Part shown: one piece after another, positions 36,922 through 42,365 of the stretch
Position numbering within the stretch: the stretch's first letter is position 1
How the letters are laid out: each line of letters begins with the position of its first letter
DNA from: Octopus bimaculoides
Lineage: Eukaryota
DNA: 42,365 bases
Assembly (NCBI RefSeq): GCF_001194135.2
Contig: NC_069006.1
Coordinates: 19,219,081-19,261,445, forward strand
Direction of reading: 5' to 3'
Notes under the pieces: generated by a model
The model's database searches: none
Told to the model about the DNA's origin: nothing
Seen by the model: the letters and a program-made list of their open reading frames with translations, nothing else
Position numbers and translations under genes: made by a program

Positions 36922-37664
36922 TTTAAATCTGTTTATCCATGCTTGTATGAGTTGGTGGCAGGGGTTATTTCGCCGAGTCTCACGCCTCTTCTTGCAGTCT
37001 TTTGTCATTTGTTTTTATGAGAGTTAGTCGCATGAGATCCACTTTTACTTCTCTTTCCCATGGCCAACTTGATCTTCATCTTCCACAGGTTTCTTCTACT
37101 TAGTTTCCTAACACTTCCTGTCATCCTTCCCATATAGCACATGCCCTTACCAGCTCAGCCTTCTCTCTTGCACACTACATCTGATTTCTTTAATCCTCAA
37201 TTTTTCTTTTGGCTCATTTGTGCTCTGTAGTTGAGGCGCAATGGCCCAGTGGTTAGGGCAGCGGACTTGCGGTCATAGAATTGCGGTTTCGATTCCCAGA
37301 CCGGGCGTTGTGAGTGTTTATTGAGCGAAAACACCTAAAGCTCCACGAGGCTCCGGCAGGGGATGATGGTGGCGAACCCTGCTGTACTCTTTCACCACAA
37401 CTTTCTCTCACTCTTACTTCCTGTTTCTGTTGTGCCTGTAATTCAAAGGGTCAACCTTGTCACACTGTGTCACGCTGAATATCCCCGAGAACTACGTTAA
37501 GGGTACACATGTTCCGTTGATCGGATCGACTGGAACCCTCGATATCATAAGGGATGGAGTGCCAACAACAACAACAAAAGCTCTGTAGTTCATGTACATT
37601 AACATTACACATCCAAATAGCGCATATTCTCATTTCATTCCAGTCTTTTTTGTATTCTCTGTGT
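36922..37664 (-). mobile_element. RTE-clade LINE 3' fragment interrupted by a SINE
   Basis: Minus strand reads CSVQERRLSW*GHVL, then a decayed GRGRPRKTW-like region and an RTE-like 3' end. The sequence rejoins across the SINE at TSD GCTCTGTAGTT. Confidence 0.7.
37233..37579 (+). mobile_element. SINE family A with an internal deletion and an 11-bp TSD
   Basis: TSD GCTCTGTAGTT at 37222-37232 and 37580-37590. Lacks the roughly 48-nt segment containing GGAGTGCTCAGCCAC. Confidence 0.9.
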
Positions 37665-37876
37665 TTAACCCTTTTGCATTCAGATTACTCTGTCAAATGT
37701 TATGTTTCTTTATTCACATTGTTTTGAATTAAGCATGCATTATGTTGTAACTCGATGATATGATTGTTTATTTTTACACTATCAGCATAGGGTAGGTGTG
37801 TGAGGCGGGACCTGGCCAGTTTGAATATAAAGCAGGCAAAAATATTTTGGCCGGATTCTAAATACTAAAGGGTTAA
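37665..37876 (+). mobile_element. piggyBac-like MITE
   Basis: TTAACCCTTTTGCATTCAGATTACTCTGTCAA...AATACTAAAGGGTTAA. Confidence 0.75.
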
Positions 37877-37910
37877 TGTCCTTGTTTTGCTATCTTGCAA
37901 CTGTACTTCA

Positions 37911-38060
37911 GACACAGACATCATACAGTCATTGGCAGCTCACCTAACTGAGGTGTCAGGCAATATCTGTGAGGGTGCTTGGCTGTTCCAATGCCCGAGC
38001 TTCACCATCGCCTGTGATAATGCTGCGTGTGTGTTGGCTTGCTTCAGTAGGTTTCAATAA
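37911..38060 (+). mobile_element. Probable C-terminal fragment of a CRE-clade (RLE) non-LTR retrotransposon
   Basis: Frame from 37911 reads DTDIIQSLAAHLTEVSGNICEGAWLFQCPSFTIACDNAACVLACFSRFQ*. It aligns without gaps to the recalled CRE-type motif FL..L..RI....GD......LFQR.S.A.QRGNAA.IL. The R>C changes fit CpG decay. Confidence 0.55.
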
Positions 38061-38942
38061 ACCATATGGCATGTGAGCAATTGAAGCACTTGGTGTTGCA
38101 TTCATGTCTTTTTTTCTTTCTTTCATCCTCTTTTTCCTTTTCTCTTCTTTTTTCCTTTCTTTGCTCATGTTCGTGTTTTCTTGAGTTTTGGATTTGTATT
38201 TTAATGTGGTTTTGTATTATATATGTATCATATACATATGTGTTATATCTGTAATTATTAAATTATCTAAGCTTTCATACAATTTACCCTGCATTCAGAA
38301 AGAGAACGAACCCCTTTTTTTTAGTCACCCTTGTTCTTACTCTGGCTACAATGCATTCATAACACTTTCCTCAACCTCCAATTAGGTCACCTAGAAAATA
38401 GAGGCTTTCAAGTATTAGCTAAGGAATCCGCCAAAAAGGTATTCCTTGTGTTAGTTACATGACAAGCCGATCCAGTAACCAATCAGTTGAGGTTGTGTTA
38501 GTCATGTGACCTTGCTTGAACATGGGTTAATGAGAGCAGTTCTGGCTTTATCAACAATAGTTATATTAACATCATTGGGAGCCAAAAAAAAGTGGTTCTA
38601 CCTTGTCATTGTACTTACCAGAAATAGCAGTCAAAACTTCTTCAAATCACTCAATAGTGTAATGGGATCCTGGATGCTTTGTTTAATTAAAAGAATGTCA
38701 CATCTGGAGTGTCTTTTATCATAAGTGTAATTGATGAAGGTTGACTTCAAGCTGAACAACAACAAGAGCTACAGCAGCATTGTCAATCATCTTCCCAAAT
38801 CTTGTATTATCCACACATAACCTGAATACCATATATCAAACCTGTGTTGTTTCCATTAACAGAGGCCTGGAAAGCATCCTCCTGTGGAATTATGCTGGTC
38901 TTGTTTCTTGTAACAGTAAAAATATGAAGCTCCACTAATATC

Positions 38943-39145
38943 CTTTCTACAATAGACACAAGGCTTGCAATCTTCAAGGAAGTGTCTAATCAGTTATACT
39001 GGTCCTAGTGCTCAACTGGTACTTAATTTATTGATCCCAAAAAGATGAAAGGCAAAGTTGACCCAAGTGGAATTTGAACTCAGATCGTAAAGAGGGATGA
39101 AATGCTGATAATCATTTTGTCCAGTGTGCAAATGATTCTGCCAGC
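38943..39145 (-). mobile_element. SINE family C (further minus-strand copies at 39830-40035 and 40335-40495)
   Basis: CTCAACTGGTACTTAATTTATTGATCCC...GGAATTTGAACTCAG. Confidence 0.8.
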
Positions 39146-39369
39146 CCCTTTAGTGTTTAAACCAGTCATATCTGGCCAACATATTCTACCTTCTTTATGT
39201 TCAAACTGGCCAAGATCTGGTCTCTCACACCTACCTTGCAATGTCATTCTTAAAATAGATAACCACATCATGATATCTCAAAGCCACAAGATAATGTGAG
39301 ATGAATTCAAAACAATGTGAATAAATAAACATTACACTTGACAGAGTAATCTGAATACTAAAGGGTTAA
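39146..39369 (-). mobile_element. piggyBac-like MITE, same family as 37665-37876, reverse orientation
   Basis: Ends TTGACAGAGTAATCTGAATACTAAAGGGTTAA, the reverse complement of the 37665 start. Confidence 0.75.
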
Positions 39370-40104
39370 GGTCCACTAATATCAGGAAAACACCACTGCA
39401 CCACACTCTGTCAAAATATGTACAGCACTCAAATAGAATCCTAACTTTTGGTCCAAATTCTCGGCCTCACTATCACACAGCATCTCTCCTGGTGAAAGCT
39501 CAGCCTTAGCATAGCTAGGTCTGTATCCTATAAACTGGCCCTTCTCTTCAGAGTCAAAAACTATTTCAGCTTCCAATGGCTGATGACAATCTAAGGTCCA
39601 AGTGAAGCTGACAATAGAGTGCAGTCTTTCGGAGAAAGTATATCAAAATTGAAAGTATTTGTTCAGCAATTTCCATAAAAATTTTATTTATCTAAATTGT
39701 TTTTTTTTAGCTGAATTGCTTGTTTATATATTTTTGTGTGTTTATGTGTGCGTATATGTATGTATATTTGTGTATGTTTGTGTTATACAGCTACATATTC
39801 CTGTCATAAACAGTGACCCTAAATATCGATTTCAAATTTTGGCACAAGGGCTGCAATTTCAGGTGATGGGGTAAGTCATTTACATCAACCCCACTGCTCA
39901 ACTGACACTTATTTTATTAACCCCTGAAAGAATGACAGGCGACGTCTACCTTTGCAGAATTTGAACTCAGAACATGAGGTCGGATCAAATGCCACAAAGC
40001 ATTTTGCTTGATGTGCTTAAGATTCTGCCAGCTCACTGGTTTCAAATTTTCAGCACAAGGTCAGTAATTTTGGGGGAGGTAAAGTTACCCTCTCTAGTCA
40101 TATC

Positions 40105-40325
40105 AACTCATAGTTGCTGGTTTTCCGGTTTCATGATGTGTATATTCACCACCTGGATGGGACGCCAGCTCATTGCAGAATTGCTCATTTTTGCCAGCTG
40201 AGTGAACCGGAGCGATGTCAAATGAAGTGTTTTGTTTAAGAACACAATGCATCACCTGGTTCAGGAATTGAAACCACAATCTTACAATCATGAGTCTAAC
40301 ACCCTAACCACTAAGCTATATGCCT
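40105..40325 (-). mobile_element. SINE family E
   Basis: Homologous to 14724-14947 along its length. Confidence 0.75.
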
Positions 40326-40879
40326 ACACAGTTTTGTGGGAAGGAGTAAGTCAATTACATCGCCCTTCCCTCGACCCCGATAGGATGAATGTCAAAGTTG
40401 ACCTAAATGGAATTTGAATCCAGAATGTAAACTTGGATGAAATGCCATTAAGCATTTTGCCTGGTATGCTAATGATTCTACCAGCTAGCCACCTTAGTTA
40501 CCCTAAATATTATTAGCTTTGAAAGACATTATGTATCTTGGTGCAAGTTGACAAAAGAAGAAGAAAATGATATATTGATATAGGGTTGTTTAAATTCCAT
40601 TGACACACAGCTGTCTCACTGGAATAAATCCATATATATTGTGTAGACTCCATTTCTGACATCATATTGTGTATTGTTCTGAGTGAATATATTGCTCTAT
40701 TCATTAAGACTGTTTGGTTTACCTATCAACCCATTTAACGGGTTTTTGAGTTGAGCCTATGTATTTTATGTCTTAACTTACTTGACAAAGGTGAACTTGA
40801 AGCAGAGTGTCTTTTTCCTTTTAGAAACTCCATCTACCCTCTCACACCCAGGAGGTTTATGTCTATGTATTGTGAGAAT

Positions 40880-41263
40880 GTGGAGGCACAATGGTCCAGT
40901 GGTTAGGGCAGTGGACTTGCGGTCATAGGATCGTGGTTTTGATTCCCAGACCGGGTGTTGTGAGTGTTTATTGAGCGAAAACACCTAAAGCTCCACGAGG
41001 CTCCGGCAGAGGATGGTGGCGAACCCTGCTGTACTCTTGCACCACAACTTTCCCTCACTCTTTCTTCCTGTTTCTGTTGTGCCTGTAATTCAAAGGGTCA
41101 GCCTTGTCACACTCTGTGTCACGCTTAATCTCCCCGAGAACTACGTTAAGGGTACATGCATCTGTGGAGTGCTCAGCTACTTGCACGTTAATTTCACAAG
41201 CAGGCTGTTCCGTTGATCAGATTAACTGGAACCCTCGACGTCATAAGCGACAGAGTGCCAACA
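40880..41263 (+). mobile_element. SINE family A, full length, 11-bp TSD
   Basis: TSD ATTGTGAGAAT at 40869-40879 and 41264-41274. Confidence 0.9.
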
Positions 41264-41354
41264 ATTGTGAGAATATGGTTGCGTATATTTTTTATCTTTT
41301 TTCTACCTATTAGAGTAACTTCCCTTTTATTCAATGGTTTTTTTCATAGCATCT

Positions 41355-41432
41355 GTTGCCATTAATAGCTGATGATAATGTATCATAGCCCTTCACACCG
41401 ACATTTGAAACTCCGAGTACTATAATGACAAT
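41355..41432 (+). ncRNA. Type I hammerhead ribozyme motif
   Basis: GUUG-C-CAUU-A-AUAG CUGAUGA U AAUGU-(19 nt)-ACAUU U GAAA CU-CCG-AG UA / CUAU-AAUG-A-CAAU. About 12 bp of stem I and a GUA triplet. The first stem II position is U.U. Confidence 0.65.
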
Positions 41433-41640
41433 CTTTTACCATTTGTTCTAAATTATAACATATATATGTGTGTGTGTGTATGTGTGTGTGTCTGTGTGTT
41501 ATAATTTATATATATTTTATTATTAAAGCTGCGAAAACATCACCAAACACTGTTACTCAGAGTTTCATGTTCCCATGTTTCAAGTAACATGAAGCTCTGA
41601 GTAACAGTTTTTTGTGATGTTTTTGCGGTATTTGAGTACT

Positions 41641-41708
41641 ATTTTGTTCCACCTTGTTTCACATTTATGTGCTTACTCCGGTAGGGGACAAACACAGACA
41701 CACAAATA

Positions 41709-41779
<71 letters not shown>

Positions 41780-41938
41780 CTGCCTTCTTTCAGTTTCCAT
41801 CTACCAAATCCACTCAAGGCTTTGGTCGGCCTGAGGCTATAGTAGAAGACACTTGCCAAAGGTGCCACTCAGTGGGACTGAACCCGGAGCCATGTGGTTG
41901 ATAAGCAAGCTACTTACCACACAGCCATGCCTGTGCCT
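41641..41938 (-). mobile_element. SINE family B, head and part of body, with expanded (CA)n
   Basis: CTTCTTTCAGTTTCCATCTACCAAATCCACTC...CTTACCACACAGCCATGCC. Confidence 0.85.
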
Positions 41939-42124
41939 ATATATATATATATATATATATATACATTTATGTATATAATATATATATATCTATACATAAT
42001 ATATATATATTTATGTATATGTGTATGTATATATATATATATATGTATATAATATATATATGTATATATATAAGTCTAACCCATGCTAGCATGGAAGGCA
42101 GATGTTAAACGATGATGATGATAT

Positions 42125-42365
42125 ATCATCATCATCATCATCATCATCGTTTAACGTCCGCTTTCCATGCTAGCATGGGTTGGACGATTTGACTGAGGAC
42201 TGGTGAAACCGGATGGCAACACCAGGCTCCAGTCTGATTTGGCAGAGTTTCTACAGCTGGATGCCCTTCCTAACGCCAACCACTCAGAGAGTGTAGTGGG
42301 TGCTTTTACGTGTCACCCGCACGAAAACGGCCACGCTCGAAATGGTGTCTTTTATGTGCCACCCG
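42125..42365 (-). mobile_element. Family D copy running off the window; isolated + strand tail at 42078-42122
   Basis: CGTTTAACGTCCGCTTTCCATGCTAGCATGGGTT... Confidence 0.85.

Noticed and set aside
38600-38700. Minus-strand GTAAGT donor near 38630
   Set aside because: Every frame after the candidate acceptors contains a stop
39382-39576. Non-repetitive minus-strand ORF (EAEIVFDSEEKG...ECGAVVFS)
   Set aside because: No recognisable motif or convincing splice sites. Rejoining across the 38943-39371 insertion gives multiple stops. It may be an old TE relic; TBLASTX would decide.
40880-40960. tRNA-like heads of SINE families A, B, C and E as tRNA genes
   Set aside because: No acceptor-stem closure, and each continues into a SINE body

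Overview
AT-rich, microsatellite- and SINE-dense eukaryotic genomic DNA with ten N-gaps, so a draft scaffold. The repeat families and style point to an octopus or other coleoid cephalopod genome (inference). Only one host coding exon is recognisable: 19311-19757 (+), an N-terminal LIM-domain exon most like Hillarin/LTD-1. It is followed by more than 22 kb of apparent intron. The rest is transposon debris: a near-complete decayed Tigger/pogo element, a DD37D (maT) mariner relic, piggyBac-, hAT-, Tigger- and Merlin-like MITEs, RTE and probable CRE-clade LINE fragments, about 45 copies of five or six SINE-like families, a tRNA-Leu-like pseudogene and several minisatellites. The most notable signal is RNA structure that the ORF track cannot show. 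Three sequence-unrelated type I hammerhead ribozyme motifs fold with complete cores: 10977-11061 (-), 17129-17174 (-, inside a tRNA-headed SINE-like element) and 41355-41432 (+, sense within the presumed Hillarin intron). There is also an inverted pair of hammerhead 3' halves and a degenerate copy. All folds were done by eye; none has been tested by software or experiment. Repeat boundaries are approximate unless a TSD or TIR is quoted.
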